Notes under the pieces: generated by a model | Seen by the model: the letters and a program-made list of their open reading frames with translations, nothing else | Database searches by the model: none | Told to the model about the DNA's origin: nothing | Virus record (IMG/VR): IMGVR_UViG_3300031416_000008 | Span: 1-59,302 of that record | Length of the DNA stretch: 59,302 nt | From: a virus | Reading direction: 5' to 3' (one strand) | Position numbers and translations under genes: made by a program | Part shown: positions 8,350 to 17,532 of the stretch, piece after piece | How the letters are laid out: every line of letters starts with the position of its first letter | Numbering within the stretch: position 1 is the stretch's first letter

Positions 8350-8419
8350 ACGCGGCGACAGAGCGGGGCTCAGGCGGGGGGCGGGGGCTTGGGTAAACCC
8401 GCGCTGTCACAGCATCGGG

Positions 8420-8701
8420 TTATCGGTTGAGTGTCGTAAAGCAGGTATCGAAGCTCGATAGCTCTAAGCATCGGTCCATAGCGGACGGTGCGCTAATCGA
8501 GTTCATGGCCGAGAGGCCGAGAAACAAAATCATTAAGATGAGAGTGACTACAACGTAGCCCATGCGGCGTTCTGTGCCAGCGTGAACTGCAAGTTGCTGC
8601 TCGTACAGTTCGATGAAATCTAACTCAGAATTTTGGGTGCAAGTTCCCGTTGGGCGTCCGCGATTTGACGCCGCCAATCCTCGGTCCATGACCATCTCCA
8701 A
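8420..8701 (-). CDS. Small membrane protein, first gene of the leftward arm
   Basis: One strong TM segment, YVVVTLILMILFLGLSAM. Sits next to the operator region. Confidence 0.45.
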   Translation of the reverse strand: MEMVMDRGLAASNRGRPTGTCTQNSELDFIELYEQQLAVHAGTERRMGYVVVTLILMILFLGLSAMNSISAPSAMDRCLELSSFDTCFTTLNR

Positions 8702-8735
8702 TTGACGATAAGTTCACCAGTTATGGGTTGCACTG

Positions 8736-8787
8736 TATAGGCAATAGACGATAGAATGCAACAAGAAATATCGGCAATAGCCGACAT
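8736..8787. promoter_or_regulatory. Two 20-bp dyad operator-like boxes (A 8736-8755, B 8768-8787)
   Basis: TATAGGCAATAGACGATAGA and ATATCGGCAATAGCCGACAT fit ATATnGGCnnnnGCCnATAT. Centres are 32 bp apart. Box A overlaps a CTATAC -10-like hexamer for leftward transcription. Confidence 0.55.
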
Positions 8788-8906
8788 TTTTTGCAAATCT
8801 GTGTAAACAGAACGTGAACATGTCAGGATGCCTTGATGCGTAATCCCGTAACCGGTACTGGTTAGGATAGGCGGCGTCTGGGGATTATAGGACGGCAGGA
8901 GGCAAT

Positions 8907-9086
8907 ATGTTTTTGAGTATCGACCGAGTAACAGGACAGCACTTAACCGCCGAAAGCGATCCGCAGGGGCTTAGCGATGGAGACGGAGGAGGATTCCGGG
9001 AGCTCGCGCAATTTATTGAAGCGGTGACAAAAATGTCGCCACAAGAAAAGCGCCGAATCGGCGCTCTAATCGACAGTCTGAATTAA
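8907..9086 (+). CDS. Unlisted 59-aa ORF (just below the ORF-track cutoff)
   Basis: AGGAGG lies 6 nt upstream of the ATG. Hand translation: MFLSIDRVTGQHLTAESDPQGLSDGDGGGFRELAQFIEAVTKMSPQEKRRIGALIDSLN. Convergent with the repressor gene. Confidence 0.4.
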   Translation: MFLSIDRVTGQHLTAESDPQGLSDGDGGGFRELAQFIEAVTKMSPQEKRRIGALIDSLN

Positions 9087-9431
9087 TTAATCTTCGTTAT
9101 CAGCTGGGGCGGGGTGCTCTGGCACAATAGCGGATACCATGTCCCGTACGATCTCCCGGCGTTTCGGGTCTAAAGACTGGTATTTAAGGACGAGCTTTTC
9201 AGTTTCTTCGTCCAATTCAAGGCCGAAAACGAGCCACAAAGGGCTTACTTTAAAAGCCGTGGCCAACTCGACGAGTGAATCGATACTCGGTTCCTGCTTC
9301 TTTTGAAGGAGCGAATAGATATACGCGTGGTTCTTCCCCGCCAGTATTGACGCGGACCGCATGGTAAGACCTCGTTTCGCCATCAGCTCTTGAAGGCGTT
9401 GTCGCCACATCGAATTATCCATGCGCGACAT
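9087..9431 (-). CDS. CI-like XRE-family repressor (114 aa, no S24 peptidase domain)
   Basis: HTH GLTMRSASILAGKNHAYIYSLLQKKQEPSIDSLVELATAFKVSPLWL. Flanked on both sides by operator-like boxes. Confidence 0.8.
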   Translation of the reverse strand: MSRMDNSMWRQRLQELMAKRGLTMRSASILAGKNHAYIYSLLQKKQEPSIDSLVELATAFKVSPLWLVFGLELDEETEKLVLKYQSLDPKRREIVRDMVSAIVPEHPAPADNED

Positions 9432-9491
9432 TTAGCAAATATTTGCGGTATTTGTAACTGGAAATATGTTGCTGAATAATAATCGTTTTTT

Positions 9492-9524
9492 GCCGATATT
9501 GTATATATCGGCTATTGCCTATAT
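9492..9524. promoter_or_regulatory. Operator box C (9505-9524, inverted orientation) plus GCCGATAT/ATATCGGC palindrome
   Basis: ATATCGGCTATTGCCTATAT is the reverse complement of the box A/B consensus. Lies in the divergent repressor/rightward intergenic region. Confidence 0.55.
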
Positions 9525-9560
9525 CTTCGCCACATTCCTCAGAACTGGTGAAGGTATCCG

Positions 9561-9743
9561 GTGGCCGCCAAACGTTCATTGACAGCCCAATTGCAAGAGA
9601 TTGACCGGATCATCGGCGAAAGCCGTTCGTCTAAGGATGCCGATTATCGGCGTGAAACACAGGAAAGCATACGCGACACGCTTCGATGGCTTCAAAAGCA
9701 TGAGCCCAAAATCAAAAGCCTTGTCGCAGGGCGCTCACGATGA
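9561..9743 (+). CDS. Hypothetical first gene of the rightward arm (GTG start)
   Basis: GAAGG lies 7 nt upstream of the GTG. ATGA overlap with the next ORF. Confidence 0.4.
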   Translation: MAAKRSLTAQLQEIDRIIGESRSSKDADYRRETQESIRDTLRWLQKHEPKIKSLVAGRSR

Positions 9744-10162
9744 GGCCCGCTCCCCCGATCGAAACCATTCTGCACCGCGTCACATATCACGCTGTTACGC
9801 GGTATGTGCAGCGCATCCTTGGAGTGTCAATTCCGATGGAAAAGGGCACCACAGAGATTATTCGTGCAGCCGTCCACTGTAAGCGCGCCAAAACCACGAT
9901 CGACGATGTGCGGCGGCTGGTGATGATCCCCACGGTAGCGGTTGCGATCGAGAACAAGTTCGCCGCGATCGACACGAAGAACTTCACTGCTGTCATTGAT
10001 CCAGAACAGCAGATCATCGTCACGATCCTTGAACCCCAAACCTACAAACAACGTCACGGAAGGAGAAAGGCCAGCAGCCGCTCAGAAAAACAATGTCACC
10101 GCATCGCCGAACGCGTGGGGATGCAGATCAAAGGTATTCATACAAAAGGTAAAATGAAATGA
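9740..10162 (+). CDS. Hypothetical protein (140 aa)
   Basis: Coupled ORF chain on the + strand. Confidence 0.55.
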   Translation: MRPAPPIETILHRVTYHAVTRYVQRILGVSIPMEKGTTEIIRAAVHCKRAKTTIDDVRRLVMIPTVAVAIENKFAAIDTKNFTAVIDPEQQIIVTILEPQTYKQRHGRRKASSRSEKQCHRIAERVGMQIKGIHTKGKMK

Positions 10163-10434
10163 AGGATCAATCACGCTCGATCGGAACTGAGACGCCATCA
10201 ACGCCGGTTCAGACTGTTCACGATGCATTGAACAAAGCCGAGGAACTGGCTCATACAGTGCAAAAATTCATGGACGAGTTGTTAGGCTACCGAAACGATC
10301 TGTCCGAGGATTCTTCCGGCCCCGCAGAGGAGGGGATATTTCCCCAGCTCGAAAATCACGCATTTCGGGCAAGGCGCAGCGCATTGATTGCGATAGATCG
10401 AATTGCGGCGGCTCGCGGAGAGCTGGCACAATGA
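10159..10434 (+). CDS. Hypothetical protein (91 aa)
   Basis: ATGA overlaps at both ends. Confidence 0.55.
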   Translation: MKDQSRSIGTETPSTPVQTVHDALNKAEELAHTVQKFMDELLGYRNDLSEDSSGPAEEGIFPQLENHAFRARRSALIAIDRIAAARGELAQ

Positions 10435-10691
10435 GCGACGATATCACATCAGAAGCCCAGACAATCGCGGTCGGCCAGCTGCGAGCCTTCATTGAGCGCA
10501 TCGAGCGCCTTGAAGAAGAAAAGAAAACAATCGGCGACGATATCAAGGAAGTCTACGCCGAATTGAAGGGCTCCGGTTTCGATAGCTCCGTTGTGCGAAC
10601 CATTATTCGTCTTCGAAAGAAGGAGGATCACGAGCGGCAGGAGGAAGAAGCCATGCTGCAGCTCTATATGGACGCGCTGGGAATGGGCTAA
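10431..10691 (+). CDS. gapR: GapR / DUF2312 (UPF0335) DNA-binding protein
   Basis: [36 protein letters not shown]...IIRLRKK...[15 protein letters not shown] is the family signature. Confidence 0.8.
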   Translation: MSDDITSEAQTIAVGQLRAFIERIERLEEEKKTIGDDIKEVYAELKGSGFDSSVVRTIIRLRKKEDHERQEEEAMLQLYMDALGMG

Positions 10692-10696
10692 CCAGC

Positions 10697-10933
10697 ATGA
10701 GTGCGGCGCCAGCTCCGGACATTTGGTTAAACGACACAGTACCGGCCTTTATGGCTGAACACCCCGTCTATTCCGATAATCCGTTGCTGGCGTTTTTGCT
10801 CGACGCGTTGGTGCGAGAAACCGAAGAAACCACACCTGACATATCATTAGACGCCGCTTTGCTGCGCGCCACGCACGATACTCTCGTTAGCCAGGCACGC
10901 GTGCTATTGGCGGCAACGGAGCCTGCAGCATGA
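10697..10933 (+). CDS. Hypothetical protein (78 aa)
   Basis: ORF coupled to the small terminase gene. Confidence 0.5.
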   Translation: MSAAPAPDIWLNDTVPAFMAEHPVYSDNPLLAFLLDALVRETEETTPDISLDAALLRATHDTLVSQARVLLAATEPAA

Positions 10934-11574
10934 CCGCTAAGCGAGCCCCCGCCAAGAAGGCGGCACCAAAACCAAAGCCCGCATCTCCTTCTAAGGCAAA
11001 GCAACACCAGCCTGCAGAGCTCAATCTGCAAATGTCACTCTTTGCTCAGGAATACATGAAGGACATGAATGCGACAAAAGCCGCTATTCGTGCTGGCTAC
11101 AGCGAGAAAGCAGCTCGTCAGCAGGGCAGTCGGTTGCTTGGCTATTACGTGGTGAACGAACGTGTGCAGGAATTATTTGAGGAATCGCAACGCGTTCTCA
11201 AAAAGAATGCAGAACAGTTTCTTACCGAGCTTCTGTCTTTCAACAGCTTCGACATGATTGAAATTTATCAGCCTGGCACCCGTTGTTTCAAGCCGATGGA
11301 AGAATGGCCGAAAATTTTCCGCACAGAGCTTCTGCAGTCCATCAAGATTTTCGAGAAAGACGAAATGGTGATGGGTGAAGATGGGAAAAAGCATAAGGAA
11401 AAAGTCGGTGAAATCGTCGAAGTCAAACTTGTCGATCGTTTGCGTCTGAAAGATTTCATCGGAAAGGCCATCGGAGCGTGGCGAGAAAAGAAAGAGGAAG
11501 AACGAACAGACGATCCAGTGGCCGAGCTTTGGCAGGATATTTCCGGGCGATCTTTTCAGCCGAAGGATGACTGA
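10930..11574 (+). CDS. terS: Terminase small subunit (Terminase_2-like)
   Basis: FAQEYMKDMNATKAAIRAGYSEKAARQQGSRLL motif. Sits immediately upstream of the large subunit. Confidence 0.8.
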   Translation: MTAKRAPAKKAAPKPKPASPSKAKQHQPAELNLQMSLFAQEYMKDMNATKAAIRAGYSEKAARQQGSRLLGYYVVNERVQELFEESQRVLKKNAEQFLTELLSFNSFDMIEIYQPGTRCFKPMEEWPKIFRTELLQSIKIFEKDEMVMGEDGKKHKEKVGEIVEVKLVDRLRLKDFIGKAIGAWREKKEEERTDDPVAELWQDISGRSFQPKDD

Positions 11575-11576
11575 CG

Positions 11577-13103
11577 TTGCACCCCTTCGATCAGTTGCCG
11601 CTTACAGACAAGAAACGACTGATTTCCGATCCCAACTGGCGGATACGGAACCTCTATTACATTCGAAATAAATTCGGCGACACGGTAATCTTTACGCCGA
11701 ACGAAGTGCAAGAATTATTTCTGGGCAACCTATGGTACCGGAACATTATCCCAAAAGCGCGTCAGCGTGGCTTTTCCACGCTTGTGCAGCTGATGATCCT
11801 TGATGCGTGCCTGTTTGTTGAAAATACAAAGGCAGCGATTATCGCTCTCGATCTAGATCTTGCTCTCGCTATCCGTAACGACAAGATCATGTTCGCCTAC
11901 GAGCGATTGCCCCAGCTCATTCTTAACCGCGTGCCGTTGAAGGTGGACAACGAAAAGCGCCTTGAATGGAAAAACGGTTCCGAGCTGATTATCGGCACAA
12001 CGGCTCGCGGACGCACGCTGTCATGGCTCCATGTCTCCGAGTACGGCGAGATTTGTGCAAAGAAGCCGGATCAGGCGAAGGAAATTCAGTCCGGTGCAAT
12101 GCCGGCCGCAGAATACGGTACCATCATTCTCGAATCCACGGCGCAAGGCTCCGATGGTGATTTTACTGTCAAAGTCATGCAGGCCAAGGCGGTTGAGGAA
12201 ACCGGCCGCAAACTTACGCGCAAAGATTTCCGCCTACATTTCGCTTCATGGTGGGATGCGCCAGAATATGAGCTCGACGACGCCGAGCACATAACAATCT
12301 CGCCGAAGGATCATGCATATTTCGACCGCATGGAAGCGGAGATAGGTCGCGAGATACCATTGCGCAAACGCGCCTGGTACGTTCAGCAGCGCGATGTGGA
12401 GTTCTCCGGCGATCAGGAAATGATGTGGTCGCAGTTTCCGACCACGCTTGAAGAAGCGTTTCAGCAATCAGCAGACGGCAAATTTCTTGCAGAAGTGCTG
12501 TCGCTGGCTCGCAGGCAGGGACGTATTGGCCAGCACAAATATGATCCCTCGCGCCCGGTCTACACGTTTTGGGATATCGGTACCGACGATGATACCGCTA
12601 TTTGGTTTTTGCAGGTTATCGGCAACAACTATTATTTTATCGATTATTTCGAGTGTAACGGAGAGGCACCGGCCTTCTACGCCGCAGAAGTGATGAGAAA
12701 GCCTTACAACTACGCGCAGCACTGGCTTCCTCATGATGGCGCGCATCGTCGTATCAGCACATTCGCGCTCGAAACATACGCCGATATGCTCGGCAAGCTT
12801 TCACTGAAGAATATTGAGATTGTCCCCCGTACTGACGACAAAGTGCAGGCGATCAATATGTTGCGTACAGAGTTCGGGCGCTATTACTTTGATGAGGAGA
12901 TGTGTGCTACAGGCATTAAGCATCTGGAGAAATACCAGAAGACGTGGAATTCTAGACATAGTGTGTGGACAAGCACTCCAGCACAAAATGGACACCAGCA
13001 CGCCGCCGACGCTATTATGCAAAAGGCACAGATCGGCGATGCGCTCGTAACGCAACACCAGCAGCGCCCACGGCGCTCACGCTCAGGAGGAATGGCCGTT
13101 TGA
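11577..13103 (+). CDS. terL: Terminase large subunit (TTG start)
   Basis: 508 aa at the expected position. N-terminal ATPase-like and C-terminal nuclease-like halves (WLPHDG..). Confidence 0.8.
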   Translation: MHPFDQLPLTDKKRLISDPNWRIRNLYYIRNKFGDTVIFTPNEVQELFLGNLWYRNIIPKARQRGFSTLVQLMILDACLFVENTKAAIIALDLDLALAIRNDKIMFAYERLPQLILNRVPLKVDNEKRLEWKNGSELIIGTTARGRTLSWLHVSEYGEICAKKPDQAKEIQSGAMPAAEYGTIILESTAQGSDGDFTVKVMQAKAVEETGRKLTRKDFRLHFASWWDAPEYELDDAEHITISPKDHAYFDRMEAEIGREIPLRKRAWYVQQRDVEFSGDQEMMWSQFPTTLEEAFQQSADGKFLAEVLSLARRQGRIGQHKYDPSRPVYTFWDIGTDDDTAIWFLQVIGNNYYFIDYFECNGEAPAFYAAEVMRKPYNYAQHWLPHDGAHRRISTFALETYADMLGKLSLKNIEIVPRTDDKVQAINMLRTEFGRYYFDEEMCATGIKHLEKYQKTWNSRHSVWTSTPAQNGHQHAADAIMQKAQIGDALVTQHQQRPRRSRSGGMAV

Positions 13104-13183
13104 CCCAATAGCTTCTTATTTACACGGCGGCGTTTGTGCTTCACAATAATTGAAGCTTCTCGCCCCGAACCGAGGAGCATTGA

Positions 13184-13615
13184 ATGTCATCGCCGGTTCT
13201 CGACCTGAGAGCGCGCGCCTTTATGTATGAGCGCGGCGACATCACCCTAATCGGATCGTGGTTACGCATGGGCGGAAATCTTCGCCCGTGTTTGGTTCTT
13301 ATCCGCTCCGGAGAGGAATACAGCGACCACACAGTGCCATGTGTCGTGACGCTTGATAAAGCTTGGATATGGGACGAAGACGAAGGCGACCCAAAAGAGG
13401 CCGCTCGTACGGCTGCGAACTTCGTAGAAAAGCTGCGGCTTACACACAGCCTGCAATCCTGCATCCGCATTGCATCGCTTATTCACGACCATCTGGACGA
13501 TCTTATTCAAATGCCTCCGTTCCCCCCGATGGACCGCGAGACCGTCGCATTCATCGAGCAGGTGAACAACAAGACGGGCAAGACAAAGCACATCGAGGTC
13601 AAAGACTATGTTTGA
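13184..13615 (+). CDS. Hypothetical protein between terminase and portal
   Basis: GAGGAG SD. 3' end overlaps the portal start. Confidence 0.55.
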   Translation: MSSPVLDLRARAFMYERGDITLIGSWLRMGGNLRPCLVLIRSGEEYSDHTVPCVVTLDKAWIWDEDEGDPKEAARTAANFVEKLRLTHSLQSCIRIASLIHDHLDDLIQMPPFPPMDRETVAFIEQVNNKTGKTKHIEVKDYV

Positions 13616-15908
13616 CCTCAACGCCCAGGACGGCTCCGTCCGCCGACAGAAATATGAATCGCCCATTCCTACCGGTGCCAATGCAAACGAGCCAGTCAGG
13701 GCACATAAGCTCGACAGCCCAAAAATGGTTCACCTGCACCGAATGCTTATGTCTATGTTCATTACTGAGCAGGATAGGCAGCACGAAAACCGGCGCGAGA
13801 TGGCGCAGGAAGAAGACATTTACGACAATGTGCAGTGGAACCCGGAAGACGCGGCCGTGCTGGAAAGTCGCGGGCAAATCCCTCTCGTTTACAACGTAAT
13901 CAGCGCGTCGATCGATTGGATCACAGGTTCGGAAAAGCGTACACGCACCGATTCCAAAGTGATGCCTCGTCGGAAGGAAGACTCCAAACCCGCGCAACGT
14001 AAAACGGAGCTGATGAAATATCTCGCGGATTCAAACCGCTCGAATTTCTCACGCTCACGCGCATTCGAGGACGCTGTTCGTGTTGGCCTTGGATGGATGG
14101 AAGATGGCTTTCAGGAAGATACCGACGGTGAGCCGCTATACACGCGCTATGAAAACTGGCGCAACATTCTGCATGATAGCGCATCGATGGAACCGGACCT
14201 TTCCGACGCCCGCTATATTTTCCGGATGCGTTGGTTCGACCTTGATGTGATCAAGCAGATATTCAAAGAGCGCGCTGGGATACTTCAAGGATCCGCGCAA
14301 ATGTCGCCTGGCGTAAATGGGCTAGACGAATTATCAGACGATATTACCGACCAACACGAAATCGAACTCGATCACAACAAGCATTTCGGTGCATCTAGCT
14401 CTACAATCGGTACTTACGTCCGGAGCCGCGTCCGCGTCATCGAAGCTTGGATACGCTTGCCCGCAGAAACCGAAAAAATAAGCGGCGGGATGTTCTCTGG
14501 TGAAATCTATGACCCTTTGTCACCAGCACATCAGGAAGCATTAGAGAGCGGCGAAGCTGAAATCGTGAAAAAGCCAACTATGCGTCTGCATGTTGCAATC
14601 TTCTCAACAGCGGGAATGCTATATTTCGGTCCGTCGCCATATCGTCACAACCAGTTTCCACTCACTCCCGTTTGGGGCTTCCGGCGCGGCAAGAATAATT
14701 TGCCATATGGGCTTATTCGGCGGCTGAAAGATATCCAGATCGATGTGAACAAGCGCGCTTCGAAGGCGCTGCATATCTTATCATCGAACAAAATAATCGT
14801 CGAAGAAGGTGCGGTCGAAGATTTGGACGAGCTCGCCGAGGAGGCAGCACGACCTGATGCTGTGCTCGTGGTCAAACCGGGCAAGCAGCTAAAACTTGAC
14901 GCAGATCGGGAGCTTGCAGAGGGGCATCTTAATTTGATGAGCCGCAGCATTGCGATGATCCAGCAAGCGTCGGGCGTCACCGATGAGCTTATGGGCCGCA
15001 AGACGAACGCCACTTCTGGACGCGCTATCATGGCCCGTCAGGAACAAGGTTCGCTCGCAACTGCCAAGTTCTTCGATAACCTCATGTTTGCAGAGCAGGT
15101 GCGCGGCGAAAAGCAGCTCGCAAATATCGAACAGTTCATGACGGAGAAAAAGGCATTCCGCATTACCAATCAACGCGGCACCCCGCAGTATGTCGATATT
15201 AACGACGGATTGCCTGAAAACGATATCGTCCGCACGAAAGCAGACTTCGTGCTTTCGCAGCAGGATTGGCAGGCAACGACGCGAGCAGCGAATTTCGCCG
15301 CCTTGATGGATACTATGCGTAATTTCCCACCAGACGTTACGCTTGCCATGCTCGATCTCATTCTCGAAACGTCCGATTTGCCAAACGTTGAAGAAATGGT
15401 GGCTCGCGTACGCCAGATTAACGGGCAGCGCGACCCTGACGCCGACCCTAACGACGTATCGCCGGAAGAACAGGCACGTCAGCAAGCGGCGGCGGAACAA
15501 GCGGCGCTTGAAAAAGAGCAGATTATGACCGCGCTTAGAAAAGTGGTTGCGGAAACGATGCTCAAAGAAGCTCAGGCCCAGTCGATCGCCACTAAGAACG
15601 TTGAGACGAAGGTGGACACGCAAGCGAAGGCACTGGCTGCTGCTACGACCGCAGTACAGGCCCCGCAGACGCTCCCATTGGCTGACAACATTCTGCACGA
15701 AAGCGGCTTTGTTTCACGAACAGAGACAGAAGATAGCGCGCGCGACGAGTTGCGCGCAGCGCAAACACAGGAAGCAGCCGCAGAACAGCAACAGCAGGCA
15801 CAACAGGAGATTATGGGGCAACCAGCAACGCCCGAAGGTGCAATGCCGCCCGCTCCTGAACATGCATCGCCGCTCCCACAAGGCTTGGAGGCCACCCCTC
15901 AGCAATAG
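13608..15908 (+). CDS. Portal protein (766 aa) with long Ala/Gln-rich C-terminal extension
   Basis: Size and position fit. EEDIYDNVQWNPEDAAVLESRGQIPLVYNVI is portal-type. Confidence 0.8.
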   Translation: MFDLNAQDGSVRRQKYESPIPTGANANEPVRAHKLDSPKMVHLHRMLMSMFITEQDRQHENRREMAQEEDIYDNVQWNPEDAAVLESRGQIPLVYNVISASIDWITGSEKRTRTDSKVMPRRKEDSKPAQRKTELMKYLADSNRSNFSRSRAFEDAVRVGLGWMEDGFQEDTDGEPLYTRYENWRNILHDSASMEPDLSDARYIFRMRWFDLDVIKQIFKERAGILQGSAQMSPGVNGLDELSDDITDQHEIELDHNKHFGASSSTIGTYVRSRVRVIEAWIRLPAETEKISGGMFSGEIYDPLSPAHQEALESGEAEIVKKPTMRLHVAIFSTAGMLYFGPSPYRHNQFPLTPVWGFRRGKNNLPYGLIRRLKDIQIDVNKRASKALHILSSNKIIVEEGAVEDLDELAEEAARPDAVLVVKPGKQLKLDADRELAEGHLNLMSRSIAMIQQASGVTDELMGRKTNATSGRAIMARQEQGSLATAKFFDNLMFAEQVRGEKQLANIEQFMTEKKAFRITNQRGTPQYVDINDGLPENDIVRTKADFVLSQQDWQATTRAANFAALMDTMRNFPPDVTLAMLDLILETSDLPNVEEMVARVRQINGQRDPDADPNDVSPEEQARQQAAAEQAALEKEQIMTALRKVVAETMLKEAQAQSIATKNVETKVDTQAKALAAATTAVQAPQTLPLADNILHESGFVSRTETEDSARDELRAAQTQEAAAEQQQQAQQEIMGQPATPEGAMPPAPEHASPLPQGLEATPQQ

Positions 15909-15962
15909 ATTTAAGGGCCGTTTGGCCCCCACCCACCCAATCGCTTCCGTGGAGAAATTTCA

Positions 15963-16883
15963 ATGAGCGAACGACTGACAGAAGAAGAACTGGCACATAT
16001 GACGCCAGCCGAGCGCGAAGGCTATGAACTCATGCTGGCAGAAGAAACCGAGCAGGATGATGACGCCGACGACGAAAACAATGATGCATTGGATGATGGC
16101 GATGATGACGCCGGCGCCATTGACGACGATCAAGAGCTCGGTACCGATGGATCAGAAACGGGGACTGATGCCGCCGCGCCTGATGAGCAGCTCCAAACGC
16201 AAAGCGATGCGCCTGAACTCGCCGCCGCCGCAGATCACGTCAAGTACCCTTATGAAGCACATAAGACAGTCAGTGACTTAAGAGAGAAAATCGAAGCTAA
16301 CGAAGCTCAGCAGAATGCTTTGCTTGAGCAGTTCGATGACGGTGAACTTACTCGCGAAGAATACCAGGAGCAGCTGAAAACGCTCAACGCCGAAAGCCGA
16401 CAATTCGTAAAGGATCAGGCAAAGGCAGAAACCGCGATTGAAGAAGCTGACGCCCGATATTTTGAGGACGTCGGCACCTTCTTGTCCGAGAACCCGATGT
16501 ATAAAAAGGGCGGGCTACTATACAACGCCCTGGACGAAAAGGTTAAGGAGCTGCAGGCTCAATCCGACGATCCGCGTTCTCCCGCGATCATTAGGGAGGC
16601 CCACAAGCAGATTCAGGACGAGCTGGGGCTCAAATCCGATGCTCCGCCTAAGCCAAAGAGCGACGCAAATCCCGCCAAGCAAACGGCAAAACCTAAGCCG
16701 AAGCGCGAAATTCCTCCAAACCTCAACGGTATCCCATCGTCTGATGTGAATGACGCGGCAGACGATAACGGACGGTTCGCTGTCCTTGCGCGTATGGCTA
16801 AATCTGACCCGCTTGAGCATGAAAAGGCGCTCGCAAAGATGAGCGACGCCGAGATGGATGAATATCTACGGTACGGTGGCTGA
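15963..16883 (+). CDS. Scaffolding protein (acidic, helical)
   Basis: Lies between portal and capsid genes. Asp/Glu-rich N-terminus and coiled-coil middle. Confidence 0.6.
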   Translation: MSERLTEEELAHMTPAEREGYELMLAEETEQDDDADDENNDALDDGDDDAGAIDDDQELGTDGSETGTDAAAPDEQLQTQSDAPELAAAADHVKYPYEAHKTVSDLREKIEANEAQQNALLEQFDDGELTREEYQEQLKTLNAESRQFVKDQAKAETAIEEADARYFEDVGTFLSENPMYKKGGLLYNALDEKVKELQAQSDDPRSPAIIREAHKQIQDELGLKSDAPPKPKSDANPAKQTAKPKPKREIPPNLNGIPSSDVNDAADDNGRFAVLARMAKSDPLEHEKALAKMSDAEMDEYLRYGG

Positions 16884-17077
16884 TGCTGTCACTGTCAGTA
16901 CGGATAGGTCAGGCCGTCCAGATCGGGGAGGCGGCTGTTGTAAAGGTCGAGGACAAGCAGGGCCGTGGCGTCAAGCTTGTGTTTGCGACGGATATTTCCC
17001 CGATACGCATCTTGGATGACGGTGTAATCCCGCCACGATTCACTCGCGGGATTACAGGACGGCCGCGCCCGTATTGA
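16883..17077 (+). CDS. CsrA-like small RNA-binding protein (64 aa)
   Basis: MLSLSVRIGQAVQIGEAAVVKVEDKQGRGVKLVF..ISPIRIL aligns with CsrA [41 protein letters not shown]. TGATG overlap with the scaffold stop. Confidence 0.55.
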   Translation: MLSLSVRIGQAVQIGEAAVVKVEDKQGRGVKLVFATDISPIRILDDGVIPPRFTRGITGRPRPY

Positions 17078-17110
17078 GAGGAAATGTCGAATTTGCGAAA
17101 CTGACGAGGG

Positions 17111-17137
17111 AAAGGCCGCAATGTGCGGCCTTTTTGC
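17111..17137 (+). terminator. Rho-independent terminator
   Basis: AAAGGCCGCA-ATG-TGCGGCCTTT followed by further T residues. Confidence 0.75.
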
Positions 17138-17273
17138 GTTTGGAATTTTAACAAATCAGCCACTTGCATATTCTATGCAAAGTACGTATATTACGTAATG
17201 CCAGCAAGAAAGGGAAATGAGCTGGTTTAAATATTACAAGTGGAGTCATTCCCAAAGAGGAAGTTACAAACCG

Positions 17274-17519
17274 ATGAAAACTTACAGCTTCTCAGAAATG
17301 AACCGAGCATCCGGTGACATTCTGGATGCAGCTTTGGCGGAGCCAGTAGCTCTGACAAAAAGAGGAAAGGAGAAACTCATTATCGTTTCCACAGACGTGT
17401 GGGAAAAAGTACTAAATCGCGCAAAATCTAAGGCTTACACCCTAGAGAACGCACCTCAAAACAGCTTCGATCAACTTATGGGAGGACTAGAAGAAAATGT
17501 TCGAAACTCCCCCAGATAG
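17274..17519 (+). CDS. Phd/YefM-type antitoxin
   Basis: MKTYSFSEMNRASGDILDAALAEPVALTKRGKEKLIIVS is the Phd/YefM N-terminal fold signature. Confidence 0.7.
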   Translation: MKTYSFSEMNRASGDILDAALAEPVALTKRGKEKLIIVSTDVWEKVLNRAKSKAYTLENAPQNSFDQLMGGLEENVRNSPR

Positions 17520-17532
17520 GGATTAACAACGG

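Noticed and set aside
14889-15698. 269-aa - strand ORF within the portal gene.
   Set aside because: This is an antisense shadow with a low-complexity Arg/Leu/Phe-rich product, and it overlaps a confidently assigned portal.
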